The position numbers were made by a program, and so were the translations under genes. 64,000 bases of DNA from Podarcis tiliguerta (lineage: Eukaryota). The stretch lies in assembly GCA_965153285.1 (NCBI GenBank), contig OZ229119.1; one strand, 5' to 3'. Every line of letters begins with the position of its first letter. Position 1 is the stretch's first letter. This document shows, one piece after another, positions 1 through 14,700 of the stretch. A model generated the notes under the pieces. That model had not been told where the DNA came from. It did no database searches and was given only the letters and a program-made list of their open reading frames with translations.

Positions 1-603
1 TGTCTCAAATTTACAAAATGCAAATTCTGTTAATTGGAACAGCTCTATACATTTCCATAACCCATTTTGCTAGCCTACAAAAGAAAGAAGTCCCATTTTA
101 ATCAGATTTTAAAAGAAAATTACAATGACAAACAGCATATTTATTAAGGCATTCAACCCTGCTAAAAAGCACTCTCCCTTTCAGAAACTTTGTACGGGGA
201 AGCAGTAAATAAGCAAAATTGTTTGCTATTCTGCGTGGGAACAGAAAACATTGCCCTCACTGATGGGGTACCATCATAAAGCCAAATCTGATTAGCTATG
301 GTGTTATCATGCTGTCAAAATTATTCCCAGAAGCCCATGATCACCCATGAAGAGTGAATGTTGAAAGCCATTCCCTTGCTCTGAATTGCCTTCAAAGTCT
401 TGTCTTGTAGCCAAATCTGATGCTCTACATGGCATAACGGTATCACCACACTGACAACACTGTTCCTGAATGGCTAGAATCAATGCCTATTGAAAAATGC
501 ATGGAAAATATAGCTTCGGGTATGGGGGGGGGGGGTATTTTGTGGTTTTTTTTTCAAGTTTTGGGAACATTCAGTGCCTCTCTGATAATTATATTTATTT
601 ATT

Positions 604-705
604 GACCCGAGTTCAAATCCCTTCTCGGCCATGCAGCTCATTGAGTAAGCTTGGGCCATTCCCTATCTCTCAGCCTACCCTAAGGGTAAAATGGAGAGGA
701 GAACA
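604..705 (+). mobile_element. MIR/CORE-like tRNA-derived SINE fragment
   Basis: B-box-like gagttcaaatccc followed by the ggccatgcagctcattgagtaagcttgggcc...tctctcagcctacc core typical of squamate CORE-SINEs. Confidence 0.6.
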
Positions 706-1710
706 GGACTGTCACCCCTGTCAGATGGGAATCATTGAGCCATGACTTTGCCTAACAATATTCAGGCGTGGTGTGTGTAGCTCAGGGAAAAAAATTACTA
801 TAGTATGAGCTGTTTTAGGAAACAAGTCCATCTGCATTTCAAGAAGCTCAAGTTTGATTTTAATATGATTTAAGTTCCAATTGAAGCCATAGTCTGAGCC
901 AAGTAAAATTAACAAGGTACTCTGCTTTGTAGTTTGTGTATGTCTGACGCAGTCAACATCTAAAAGCTAATGCTTCCTCTCAAGTAAAACAGAAAAAATG
1001 CTTACAGAATAAGAAGAAAAAAATCAGAGCTCAAAGTACTTTCATACATTTAGTAATCTTTCTCTTTTGGTCTTGCAAATATTTTAATCTCCTAAGAAGT
1101 TGATCCAGTAAAAAGATATCATCAAACCAATTGTATTCACAATGCGATTTATTACTACCATATCTGTTTAATTACAAAATATTTGGCAGAAAAAAGCAAA
1201 ACTATTAGAAATCAGATACCTCCGTAGCAAAGAAACTTCCTACTTTGAAGAATGAACTCTGCCAACAAGCAAGCTTGTGCTTTGCTGAAGTGAAGCTGAA
1301 ATTTCTTAATGATTGTGTCCTCTTCCTCTCTACAATAACATCATGTCTTAAGTGTCTTCAACTGCAAATCTCACTGAGGTAGACAGATTTTCATCGGCAG
1401 TGCATTCTAAGGAATAAACTGTAGCTAAAATACTGAACCATAAAACAGAAAAGGATTTGAAATTTGACTTTAGCTACAACTATAATCAAGCCCTGGATGT
1501 TCACCCCCAGTTGAGCTAACAAATGTTTAAGTCCAGTGGGAAAGTCGACTTGAAAGCCATATGCCATATGCCAGGGGAAAAGGTACAGGACGAGGGAGAC
1601 AGTGAGCCCTTCTAAACTTTTACTATTTTGCTGAATTTGGTGCTAAAATTGCACCCAGAAAATTCTGGTTATGCAAGTGAAGTGGATCTGGCACATCTGC
1701 ACAAGAAACT

Positions 1711-2120
1711 CCAATTCAAGGTGCTGGATTTGGCCTATAAAGCCTTAAATGGCTCAGGACCGCAATACCTCAAGGACCATCTCTCTCTGTATGAACTGAT
1801 TAGGACCCTATGCTTATCATCTGAGACCCTTCTTTGGGTGCCTCCTCCACAAAAATCCGGAGGGCAGCAACACGAGAACAGGCCTTTTCTGTGGTGGTTC
1901 CCCTTTTGGAATGCTCTCCCCAGGGAGGCTCACCTGGCACCTTCAATAGACATCTTTAGGTGGCAGGCAAAAATGTTCCTCTTCTCCCAGGCCTTTGGCT
2001 AATTAAACCATCTCTGGTCTTTTAGACTGTGGGGGTATTATTTTTGTTTGTTATCATGGTATATGTTTTTGTGTATTTATTGTCCTGTGATCTTTGGATG
2101 AAGGGCAGTATAGAAAGTTT
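1711..2120 (+). mobile_element. L2 LINE 3' end (ORF2 C-terminus and 3' UTR), degraded
   Basis: Translation FKVLDLAYKALNGSGPQYLKDHL...WNALPREAHLAP...FRWQAKMFLF matches the L2-clade ORF2 C-terminus; T-rich UTR follows. Confidence 0.8.
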
Positions 2121-5100
2121 AACAGCAGCAGCAGCACAGCAGCAGCAGCAACAACAAAGAAACCTGCTTCCAAAAAAGAAAGAGACTTTTTGAAGTAAGA
2201 AAAGTCCTCTGGAAAAGTGTGGCATGACAATTGATTGACCTCATATAACCTCCCTGCAAACAAATCAGAATGTATACGCAATAAAGAGCTGATATTATAT
2301 ATTCTCCCCACAAACTTTCCCCAAACAAACCAGGATGAATACTCAAGACACAGGTCATCTGGAAGCAACATCCACCATGCCTTTTCCTCCAGTTGCATCA
2401 ATTTCAATTTCACATCTATCCCATCTTTCCTCCAAGGAGCCAACAAAAGCATCACAACAACCTTTTGGAGCAGGCTAGGTTGAAAAATAGCAACTTCTCT
2501 GAACAATGCCACACACAACAACCTTCAAAATGGAAGCTCCAGCATTTTCCCTCAATACTGCTCAGGCCACTTTCAGAAGCTTTTCATCAGTGCAGTAAAA
2601 TGGGCATCAGTTAATCACTTAAATGGGAACTGCCCCCACTTCCGCTCATGCATCCTCACTGGAAGATCACTGGGTGGGCTGGTCCCAAGGGCGCACAGTA
2701 TAGTACAGCTGCCCTGGTGCTGGTGCTCTGGTTCAGCTGCAGAAATTCTACACCCGCCCACATGCATGCTCACTGCCAGCTAATGCAGGCAGCCCCGTTT
2801 GCACAGGGGGTACATTCTGAGGCCCTGCACGCACCGGCGAAGTCGCATATAACTGAAATCCATTGAGTAAGCCTGCAAACACCCTGCTCCGCCCCACTCC
2901 ACTCTACCCTGCACCCCATCCCTGTTCTTTAGTGATGTTTCAGTGACATCTTTATGGTGTTTCCGGGTCATTCCGGGTTCGGCGTGATATGCACATTTTG
3001 AACACATGTAAATGGGGAGCTGCCTGTAGCATTCTGCAGGTTTGAAAGCATTAACATATCGTTAAACACAGATTTCTTTATAAAATGTCTGCATTTCAAA
3101 TGTATCTTTATAATTCCCAGCACTAGTGGAATGCATATACTGTAATTTGAGAATATCTGTGTTTAAAAGTCTCATTCCCATTTTTTAAAAAGAAAGATTA
3201 ACCTGAGATCTCTCATTCTTGGATATTCTGGTTGCCAAGCCGTATAATGGCTGCTGAGCTGTTTTATATCACACACAGCATTTCAAAGTACACGTAGGTG
3301 TGCGTGTATGTGTGTACAATTCCACTTTCCTTTATACCTTATGCGTGTTTGAAAGGAACAGACTATTTTCAATATTAATAACCTGGCTTTTCAACACCCT
3401 ACCAAGCCCCTGACTCATTTTGGAGGGTCCTTGTCCAGAAAAAAACAGTCATATTATCTAAGAACCAAACTGAGGTCTGTGAATGGGCCAAGTACAAACA
3501 CATCCAATTTGTTCTTTCTTAAGGAGTCTTGGGAAACCAACTGGCTGGGAATTCATGGATGCAGTCACAGGCAGCAGCTCTAGAGGAAGATGCAAAATGT
3601 AAAAACCTGGGTGGGATTAGCAACGTTAAAGGTTACAGTAGGTTGCGTCTAGGTGGTCAGAAGTCACCCTCATGCACATAACAAATTGATCCTGTGTGAA
3701 ACTAAGCCCACTGAAATCAATGGACAGGGCCAGCCCAATAAATTTTACTGCCTGAAGCAAAGCAGCACGTGGCATCCTTCCCCACAAAGGTGCACGGTGC
3801 CCCTGAGCACGCGCAGAATCAGCGTTAATGGAACGTTTTCTTTAAGACCAGTACATAAGCCAAACATAATGTGCACTACGATGATACCTGCTGCATCTTC
3901 TGATACGGGTCCTGCAGACCTGAAGAACTGAGGCATGATCAGAGCTGATTATTTGCTACAAGTCACAGTATATTTTGTGGTTTTATGCATGCTTTATATC
4001 CTCCTTTTTGCTGTCTTTACCTGTGAGGAATTAGTTTTGCAGCCTGATTCACCCATGTTGGAGAGGCTTAAGAACAACAGCACAAGGGAGGAGCTGCTGC
4101 CACTGTCCCTTAGCACTTTGCCTAACAGTAGCGCTAGCCCCGCAAATGGGCTTCGCTGAACCAACTCTGTGCTGAATGGGGTTGTTAGCAGCACTTAGTA
4201 TGTAGGGATTAGCCATCAAGTTGTGAGTCTCTATGCCCTTTCCAGCAGCAGCTAAAAAAACCCCCCCACACTGACTGGGAGGATAGAAAATCACAACATT
4301 GTCGCCAAGCTGCATGAGGCAAATGCTCCTAAAACAGGTCTAAGCAACTTGCAACTCCCCAAGTCAAACACAGGCTGCCAGCCATGTATGGTGTCCTATT
4401 AGGAACAGGACACCCCCATCCAACCCCTTTTGAAGTCTCAGTCAGACAACAAAGTCAAAAGGTTCATCATATATCTCTGCAAAACATTAAGAGCTCACCA
4501 CAGGAAGGCCATTTGGGGCAGCAGGTGAAGCTTTGTGAAGCTCTCCCTGTAGCCTGTCTTCCAGCCTTTACAAATCTATTTTGGGTGTGGCTAAAACAGC
4601 AAATTGAAAGAAACAAGCAGGTCTTTGAAATCATTAAATCACAGAAGCAAGCGAGCCTCATTCCTTTAATTAGAAGTCCCCATGCCTGCATTCCACATTC
4701 CTGGACTGTTCACAACAAGCCTGGATTTGGGCTCAGTGGCTAAGCCTGGGCTTAGCTTTAAAACACCAGCCGAAGACTGTTCCTTTAAAGTTATTCAACC
4801 TGTTTCCATCAGATCAGACTCTCTACTGCCCATCCAGATACTGGAGGGTGTTCTTACAGTGTGGTCTGGAAGGTGTTTGTTTTTCCTAGCTGATATCTGT
4901 CTGTATTCTGAGAAGCAAAAGACCTCAGCCTCTCCAGTACATAACTGAGAATGAGGCTGTACGCCTGGCTATTGAAGATAACATTGGTAGGAACGCAGTG
5001 CTCTGGGCAAGGAAGAAAGAGAACTTGGCATTTCTTCTGAGAGGCTGAGTTCCCCATCCCTTTAAACATTCTAATTATGGATGCCGAGTTCTTAGAAGCA

Positions 5101-7199
5101 AACTCAAACTGCACCACATTCTCATTGTTACTTGCCCTGTTAAATGACAGGCAGTGTGTCAATTTGAGGCAGAGCAAATGAACAGGACTCCACCTCTCCT
5201 GGAACAGTCCAAATGCATCGTCACATTTTGCCCTTTGCTTCTTCTTCTGAACAGCCCACACCATGGGCGCTGGCACTGCTACAGGAATGAATGAAAGACT
5301 TTATGGCTGAAAATACACCAATATACCATTAATCAAGTTTTGGAAATTCCATTTCCTCCCTCAGCTGGCCTGCTCCAATGATTGCTACTTACAATGGACA
5401 AGTTGTCTGTTCTGGACCTGGCAATATATGTTTAGAGGTGATGATCAATGTCTCTTGCATCATTCACAGAATCACAGATGGAGGAGACCCAGAGGAACAT
5501 CAGTCCAGTTATGTTCAACATTTTCAGATCTGGGACTGGGTCACACCTTTTACGTGGATCCCACGTTTAACATTTCTCCATCTCCATCCTTCCCCTTCTG
5601 TTTCCCCCCTCCCCAAACAAAAGAGTGCACCAACCCACCACTCAAAGCACAATGTTCTAGTTTGAGCTGCTTGCTTAAAGGCTACCAGCTGAACCATGTC
5701 TACACAACGCTAATTTGTAAATTGTGAGGATTTCAACTCCGCCAATCAAGTGATTTCCCAGGGCGACTCATTCCTGAAGCTTCCAGATAAACCCACTTTG
5801 CCCTAATTATAATGCACCACAAGGAGCCAAAGGCAAATTTATTAGCTATATGGTCAGCATTGTTTACAATAACAACAAATAAGGGGGGAACTATATTAAA
5901 ATTATGTAAGAGCAAAATGTTCCCAGCAAAGACTTGCACACAAAATGATTAATGTTTGTGTGTCACATTATAAATGCTGAACAATCAAATATGTAGAGAG
6001 TCAATAATTTACTGAAATATATTGATTTTGCTTCTTCTAACAGCTTGTAGCAGAAATCAGAGCTTAATATTACCTTTTCCTGCACGTCCTCTGTTTCTCT
6101 GCCTCGTCTTCTCTCATGCACTTGCACATGCACACACATGGTGAAAATTGCTACTGATCTTACCACCTTGTGGTTGGTGTGGCCAAAACAAATGCTTGTA
6201 TGTGTGATTGTGGTAAGAAAACTCTTCCTGACTACAAGAGCTCTCCCAGGGATTGCACCACAAAGAGAAAGCTAGAGCAAAGAAAGAGTCTCAGGCCAAA
6301 GACACTTGCTTGGTTAAATTAGTAGTTGCTGCTGCCTTAAAACAGCAGAAAGTTATAGAAAGGGAGAGAAACCTCAAGCTACACAAGGAAAGGGAAAAGA
6401 CCAAGCCTCCTTCTCAATGCAGTTCTTCCATTAGCATAGCAGACTTCCACTAGCACAGCCAAACTTTCCCCTCAGATCCTCTCCCCTGCACACCCTCAAA
6501 TTCTGCCCTAGAGGGTTGGAGACCCTCCAGAGGACCCTCCAGAGGGCAAGAAGAGCAAGTGGAAGTCCCATGGCACAAGATGAACTGCACGTGAGCCGTG
6601 TTGGATACGACCCATAGAAAGTAGGGTTCTGGAAAATGGGGTGGTGGGGGGGAACATCCCTAGTCTATTCCAAATGTTTTGGTTTGAGGCAAGACTAAGT
6701 ATGGGCCAGAACTTAAACCCCACCCCTTGTTGGCATTCGCTGCATTCAGTGAGCATCATCACTGTCCTCCAAGCACCCATGATAGTGTCAGAAGGGCTTC
6801 TGAGCTATTCTTTCCAGAGGATGAATTATCAGGCTCTCCATCTCAAAACACAGCTTCAGAAACAGCATTCAACGCAGTGTGAGATGGGGCTGCCAGAAAA
6901 AATAAGCTAGGGAAAACCCCAGGTGTAGGCGCCAAGCTTCCACCTCAGGTGTTCTCACCCAATGTACACAATAAAGAAACAATAAAATCTGTTTCTATTT
7001 TGACATGCTTTAAAACAAATGCATATAATTGTGTTTAATTGTTGCAACCCATACTGGGGCCTTAGGGCAAAGAGCAGGTAAATTGTGACAACAGTAACAG
7101 TAATATAATTATCACCACCATAAACAATGGAGGTTAGAAATAAGAATGAGAACTGTGGGCGGGGGGGGGGGGGGAAGCAGCTGAAGATACCACGAAAGC

Positions 7200-7534
7200 T
7201 ATCTTTGGAATTCTCACTTGTCCAAATTTTGCAATACAGTTTTCCAACAAAATCATGTGTACAAAATGCATATATAGGGGCAAGTGTGCCTAGAAATGCA
7301 TATATTAGTAAAAATAAAATATAGAAATACATTATATTAGGAAATTTCCTGTAAAAATGTTTAACAAAACTGCATACAAAAATATGTATATAAGCAGAAA
7401 TGCACAATAAAATGATGGAGAATACTTCTGATGACTTATTTTTAAGTTGCAAACTGATGCTGGAATGTGGAGAACTGAACTTGGGAAAATGCCAAACTAA
7501 GTTAAACTGAAATGGATGAATCCATCCACCCCTA
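7200..7534 (+). mobile_element. Non-autonomous DNA transposon (hAT-like), same family as 47541-48607
   Basis: AT-rich body (tgtgtacaaaatgcatat...ggaatgtggagaactgaac) shared with the copy at 47.5-48.6 kb; ends in ccccta. Confidence 0.6.
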
Positions 7535-10094
7535 CCGGCTATGGGTATTCTGTAGATGGGCCTTGGATGTGACCCAGCAAGGCTCTTCCTATGCTCTTAA
7601 TTGAATAGGTTTCCAGGGTTTTTCCTGGGCTTAACCCCAAAGACTTAAAGCCCTATGCAGTATTGGTCCTAGGTACTTACAGAAAAGCATCATCCCACTA
7701 TTCCTCCTGGTACCTTAAGATGGCCATGAGTGAGGACTAGGCTAGTTGTGCCAACAGAGATGTAAGAATCCAGTTCTGTCCTCTTTAAACTTTGAAAGCA
7801 GAAGGTGTGTGGCTTGAGACCACAGCACAGGGGAGGGAACTGTAATTTGTCTCCCCAGCACTATTTTCATGCTGAAAACTTTCTCCCCGCCTCCCCCAAG
7901 CTATTTGTCCTGACTAGATAAACATATGTGCATGCGTTCATTCATGCATCTCAGTAGTCACATCTAATTTGGTCTTAAGTCTCTGATTTTTGTTGTCTTC
8001 GTTTCTAGAGGTTCTGTGATTGATTAAAAGATCCAGGGACTTTCCCCCAGTGGTTCCCTCCTTTTGGAGATCCCCGACAGAAGCCCCGCTGGCAAGTTCA
8101 TGCCAGACTTTTAGAAGCATAGTTAAAAGCAAGAAGGGCTTGTTTTTGTTCTTTTTCCTGGTTCTGATTTCTGGGTGCTACTGCATTTTTCCTTGTGCAA
8201 GTGTGTGTGGTTCTTTAACAGTGAGCTGCTTCCAGAGCCCTCATGGCTAGTAACGTGTCTTATGAATGCTAGAAATAAATAAATCTGGCCCTGTTTGCAA
8301 AAGAACAAGGAAGGGATGGGGAGAACTACAGGCAGCCGTGTGACTAACTACCCAATGTATTATATGCGTGGGATATCAAGCAACAGGTGCTGGATCAGGA
8401 CTAACCCAAACAGAAGAGGATAGGGAAAACAAAGCGCCTGGAAAGCTACAAAGAAAGAGACCTGTTGGTGCTAAACAGATACTGTATGCACAGGTGGGCC
8501 GATGTTTACTGCGCATCTTCCCCCACCCCATTTCAAAACACTGAAGGATGGCTGGCAAACACAGCAAGACATGAAAAGATGTTCTCGCTTGGTTACATTT
8601 TAAAGGGCAGACACATGCTGATGCTATAGGATGAAACAGTTGTTTCATTTGCAGATTTAGGGAGCCCAATTGAAAATGCTGCCATAAAGATTTTTGACTG
8701 CTGGGTTTTGTGCTGATTCTGAGCTCTCTTTGCTTGTCATGGCAGTTTTGTATAGCTGGCAGTCTATACAAAAGCTCACTGAAAGCATCAGTTCTGGATG
8801 GCATTTCTTTGCTATCTGACAGCAGCTCCTGGGTAGATAATTGTGAAATATTTCAAGTGCTCACGATACAGGAGCAGTGCCAATTATTCTCCACTTTTAC
8901 TTTGGTGAAAAAACTATAAGATAGAGGTCCTCCCCATCTAGACCAAAAAAATAAAAAAAAATGGCAAAATATTTACTTAGTTTTATCCTGCTAGGCATCA
9001 TATCCCCCTCTACTGCTTTTGTGGTCCCCCCCCCCACTGCCCAATCTCTCCCCCCTCGGCTGCTTCTTTCCTGGATTAGTCATCTGGGTGTCCACACCCC
9101 AAACATATATCCCCAAATGGGATGATGCCGCACCTGCACTGCCAGCCACAGTCACGAAAGAAGGAACATTTGACTACACAGTGATGTCACTTGGGAGGAC
9201 AATGTACACACCGAAGGAAGCATTTTCACAAATAATGCTGGGAGGCAAACAGTGAAGAAGAAGTGTTTTGGCACTGACAAGTAATGTTTGCAAAGTCACT
9301 ACCATCATCATAATCTCCAATACTGACCACATCAATAGCCAAGTCAGAACACTCAAGAAATGAAAAGAAAATGCTATTTATTTAGGTTGAGATATTATTT
9401 AAAAGAGGGGAAAAAATTTACATTTTTGCTAGTCAATTATCAGTGGGCACACAGTTATCAGAGGAGGAATGACTGCTGGGAGGCGCTCAAAAAGAAGAAA
9501 TGCCACGGTGCATCTGCAGCAGGAGGAGCAGACGCCTTCATCAGGTGCAACAAAACATGTCAGTCTCTATGGCCACAGAAGATGCTGCAACCTTCCAGTG
9601 GTTTGACTTCACCCCCAAAGGCAGACTCCTCCATTGTCTCCCGAGACAGGCAGATGCCAAGGACAGCCAGCAGTGAATGAGGAAACACATGGTTTGATAC
9701 GGCTCCCTGGGTGACCTTGAGCTAATTATCTCACAAGGTTCTTGTGAGGGAAGGAAAAGGGATAACCTGAAGTACATGGCCTGATGGGAGATGGTGTACA
9801 GAGTCCCCTCTGCTACTATGCAGCAAGCATGCCAGAAAGAACATTAAAGAAACCTCCAGTGAGCACTCTCACTTTCACCTCACTTTTATCCTGAACACAT
9901 CAGTCCCATGCACAGGGTTTGTCTCTTTCCACTATATAACACAATATGTGCATCTGGCCGTGCTCAGCAATCTGTGGACTTGCCTTGTAGCTTGCCTGAG
10001 AGTGGCCATGGCAGCAACGGCCCCTTGTTTAATGAGTGTCCTTACCTACAGCACCACTAAGTTACCAGACACGTAAAGTACCACTTCCTCGGTT

Positions 10095-10401
10095 CAGTGG
10101 TGGAGGAAGCCGCTTGGGCATCTGGGGTGGGGTGAGGGTGGGGGACACCGCAGGGCCTCTGGGGTCTGTCTGCCTCCTCCCACTCAGCCACCCTGCAGCT
10201 GGAGGGGAGGCAGTGGGTGGACCGTTTGGACAGCGCAAAGCCTGCGCACACCCAAGCCACCACGTCTCTCCCAGGAGAGACACATGGCTTGGGCGCACTG
10301 CAGGCCCTGAGGTGAGTGCCGCCCAGCATTTTGTCACCCCCCCCCCAGTGGTGACACCTGGGGCGGCCCGCACCCACAGCACCCACCTTCCTCTGCTCCT
10401 G
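10095..10401. mobile_element. hAT-family MITE
   Basis: TIRs cagtggtggaggaag / cttcctctgctcctg; 8-bp TSD cctcggtt / cctaggtt (7/8). Confidence 0.8.
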
Positions 10402-10962
10402 CCTAGGTTGTCATTGAATGTAAGCCGCATTTAGCTAGCCTGCATCTAGTAGTCTAACAAAGTCACCTAGAATGTTTATATGGACAAAACCAGCACTTGG
10501 AAAGCCTGCATCCCATGCTCAGGGAGGTGAACGGACAGGATATGCAGGGTTCAAAGTGGCTCACTGGCTCAGGAAGAGGGTTAATAATCAGAGCATGATG
10601 TGATACCGGTAGAAGCAAACAAGGAATGAAATTGCTTGATTCATGAAAACGAAATGAGCAAAGGCTCAGCCAAGGAGCTCCAGACATGAGAGTTGAAAAG
10701 GTTTCCAACAATATCTTCCTGCTTTGTTTTTGAGACATTTCTGTGAAGCTGGGGCCAAGATAGGTGAATTTCAATTAAAACTAGGATGAAAGCTCTTGGA
10801 AGGGCTTTCAAAGAAATAAGAACGTTGATAGCAAAGAATTCCACATCTGCTGGATGCAGCCTCACATACACATATGATCCACTCATGATCATGGGTGATA
10901 GTTCACTGCAAGAGACTTGTGAAAGCAATTAAGGACAGGTCCACAACAAGCCATTAGGTCCC

Positions 10963-11794
10963 TGTGGAAAAGGTTTGGCTAGAGAGGCAGCCTGGGAGCC
11001 CAGGAACCAGAGCCTCCCACAACTGCCTTGGTACAGGGTGTAGCATTGGGGTAGGAACATGGCTAGGTGCTGCAACATCCCTCTTGTGGCTCTCACAGAG
11101 AGGAAAGGGCAGGCCAGAAGAACAGTGGGTCAAAGGGCCTTGTGGGGATGCCCCCTGTGAGGCACGGCCGAGACTTAAAAGCCAGCAGGGCAGGAGCAAG
11201 GAGTCAGCTTGGAACACTGCACAAGGAACGCTGCTTGGCACACAGAAGAAGTAGATGGCAGAGAGTGTGGGAGAAAGAGATTGAAAGCTTGCATGAAGAG
11301 CGAGAGAGTATAAGAAACTGAAAGTTTGCATGAGTAGGGGAGTGAGAGAGACTGGGAGAAAGCTTGGATCATGTGTACAGGGGAGCTTTATTTGGGGTTG
11401 AGGAGAAGCCCTGGCACAAGAGGGACCAGGAGGACTGGACTAGAAGGTCCTCCCTGGAGAGTGGGAGGAAGGTGGAAGGACAGGAAAGGAGTGTAGGGAA
11501 GTCTGTGAGGAAGGACTCTGCGATAAGCTCAGTGGCGAGCCAGAGAAGTGTGTGTGCTGTAAAACCAAACAACCAACAAAACCCTATGGATAAAAAACAA
11601 CAACCAACCATAGGCGAACTCCTGAACTCCTTCAGGAAGTAGAACCCCACCAGGTGAATCCTGCAGGAAGGGAACACACTGCCATTCTGTGGGCTTCCTT
11701 TCCAAAATCTATAATACTCCCATTCGTCAAAGCCCACAGGATCAATGGGGATGCTGTCTCTAATGCAGAACAGAGGTTGCAGACCCAAGCCGCA
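10963..11794 (+). mobile_element. Probable solo LTR
   Basis: TG...CA ends (tgtgg...ccgca); 5-bp TSD gtccc/gtgcc; purine-rich body without a credible ORF. Confidence 0.55.
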
Positions 11795-14700
11795 GTGCCA
11801 TTCCCAGTTTAAAGATGAGATTAGCAGATGGTGTCCAGGGCCTGCAGCAGACTTGAGAACTGCAAAGTAAGGTTTTTGAGCAGGAACTCAAAACAATCTC
11901 AAACTTTTACTAGCTGATGCCAGTAAAGGAGCCATTAATTTCAGCCACTACAGAACCACAAGTATATGTCCTCAGATTCCATAATGGAAGAAAGGTGATA
12001 TATAAGTATAAAACAATAAATAAACCAAAATTTCTCCTGCAACCTGAAACCTGAGGGATATAAGCACATCTCTTCTGCTGCTATTCTGCCTCTACTTTCA
12101 CAGCCCATGTGCTGTCGTCTCTTTGAGAAATCTAAGATAGCCTTGGATACTATTTAAGTCACTAGCTATGGTGAAGCAGAAACAGAAAGCCCAGAATAGG
12201 AAAAAATGGAGCCAGGAGTTGCCCATTTCCTCAGTTTCCCAATCAGATAGTGAACGAAAAAAGGAGAGCTGCAATGTTTACTCAATTAATAGTTTAGATT
12301 AATGAATTAAAAACCTTTTAACTGACTAATAAGATGCTACCAATTTATCAAGCAGATTTTTTAAAAAGTATTTTTCACACAGGTACTTATAAAAACTGTG
12401 ATTGGCAAATGCAATTTTGAAAGATGCATTCCCCTCTTCTCTTCCACCAGCCGGCGTACCTCTTATAAGCTGATGCCTCCTATGGTGCACTTAGGTACCA
12501 CCTGAAAACAAATAAATGTGTCCCTCTTGATTTAGGACTATTGTTTTCAATCACATGCAAGTTAGAACATGTTTAATCAATCACTCATTCTTTATTCAGG
12601 TGACAGCGCAGGGCGGGGAGAGGGGAGACGTCCTCAGAGGTAAACACCAGGCTGCTCTTTTTGAACCATCCCTAGCAAACAGCTGCAATAACTCTTGACT
12701 TTAGCCAACTGAAGTAAGTTTTCCATCACGATTGATTCAGCTTCTGGGAGTATCACAAAATGTTTATGAACATTTCAGCTGCCCAGAAATGTAAAAGTGT
12801 GGCTGCAGGTGAGCAGACTGCATGACTGACTGCTTCTCCATTTAAAAACCATCCCTGAACATACAGAAAATAGCATGTTGGAGAAAGTTAGGTTGGCAGG
12901 CCAGCTTTCTATGTGCAAGGATATGTTTCTCCCCCATTAAATTAGCCTTCAAATGGTAACTCCTACCCCTCACCTGAAACCAGAAATGATGCAGTCCAGG
13001 AAAAGCTCCCCTGCTTAATTTTGCTGACTGTACAAGCTGGTGTTAACTTAACATGCAGTTGGTAAGGCTTAATTGTGATGTGTGGTAAAAGTAACTTGTG
13101 ATAGATAGCTAATTTCCCACAATTGTGGTTTGTGAAAATTTGCACAGAGTAGTAGTCCAACACTTCCAGGAATTGTTGGAGTGGGATACTCGCACAATGG
13201 ATATTTGCAGAATTCACATGTTACGAAGGTTTGAAAAATTACACTGACTTGTGATCACAAACAACCCTACAGCAACCCTACAGAGTTTTGCAGAAACACT
13301 TTATATTGCAGTCTATTACCCTACAGAGAAACAGCAAAGGTTCTCTAGAGAGAAACATGGTTTTCTTTACCATTAAAACTATTTTAAAACTAGCCCCCAG
13401 AGTTTACATTCAGCAATATTGCACATTACCAAACACTGGAGATTTGGAAGCATGGGTTATTGTCCTCCCAACTGTAGCTTGTGAACAAATTAATAGCGAT
13501 GCCACAAATATAAAACACAGTGGAGCCACAAGAACTGTTCCTTGTTTGATACTTGCCAGTCCCTGCCACCACTGACTTCAGCAAGCTACTGGAGGTCCCA
13601 ATTTGCACTTTATTTGGCAAGCATTTTTGCAGCTGTAAGCTACACTCAGCATGAAATGGAGACGCATACTTGTAAACATGCAAGAACATGTGCTGGACAC
13701 ATGCGGGGAAGTCCTGATTAGCCACAGCTGCCTGATGCATGCCCACTCCATTGCCACAGGCGCATGCCTCTGCACACATACACTTGTGGCAAAAAGAGTG
13801 AACCCACCCCTTAAGGAGATGGCATGGCTTTTTATGCCTGAATGGCAAAAACTGGTCCACAGGTGGCTCGCCTCTCTTCTTTTTGAATGGGCCTTGCAAA
13901 CTGAGAGCCTTTCAACTTGAGATGCAGCAAAGTGAACTTGGGGCGCTTGGCATGTAGCTTGCAGAGCTAAGCCTGCTCTGAGCTAAGCCCCATCACCAGC
14001 TCTGAGCCCTCCCTGCGCCTGTTTCTGAAAGTTTGATTCAGGAACCATAAGGATACTTTTCCATAATAGTAGAAACTAAATCCTGACAAATTGCTCCTGA
14101 GCCTACTTGATAACACCAGTTTGCAACAATGCAATTGTGCACATCACACAAAGCGTTAAACTATTTTGGAACCATGGCCTGAATAGCATTAGCTGAGGCA
14201 GACTATGGTGTCACTCTTCAATATAAGAACGAATGATCTGCAACATATTTTCTGGAGCGAGTACCTTGTGCCAGAAAAGGTTAGAACAAGTAGCTACAAA
14301 CTGCTCTTCTGCAGCCAGAATAGAAACAATATTGCCGTGGTCAGCAGTCCATGGGTTCAGTCCATAGTGTGAAGTCAGCTATTCACAAGGCAGCCTGCCT
14401 GTTGGGCCCTCTGCCATCCTGACAGTACTGGATAGGAAAAATAACCACCCATGTCGTTTTACTCTTTGGTGCTTGGTTAGGGGTCGGGATACAACACTGG
14501 CATACAAATCAGACATGACACATTTCATGAGAAATACTGGGGGTAGGAAGCTACTCCAGCGTGAATTCAAATTAAGCCTGGTGCAATGTAATCTTGGTTA
14601 CACCCCTTACGATGCTGCCGAAGGTGGAGCTCAGACAGGTTCGGTGGATTCTCACCATCAGTGTTGCCACTTTCAAAGTGCACATACAGACTGCAAATAT

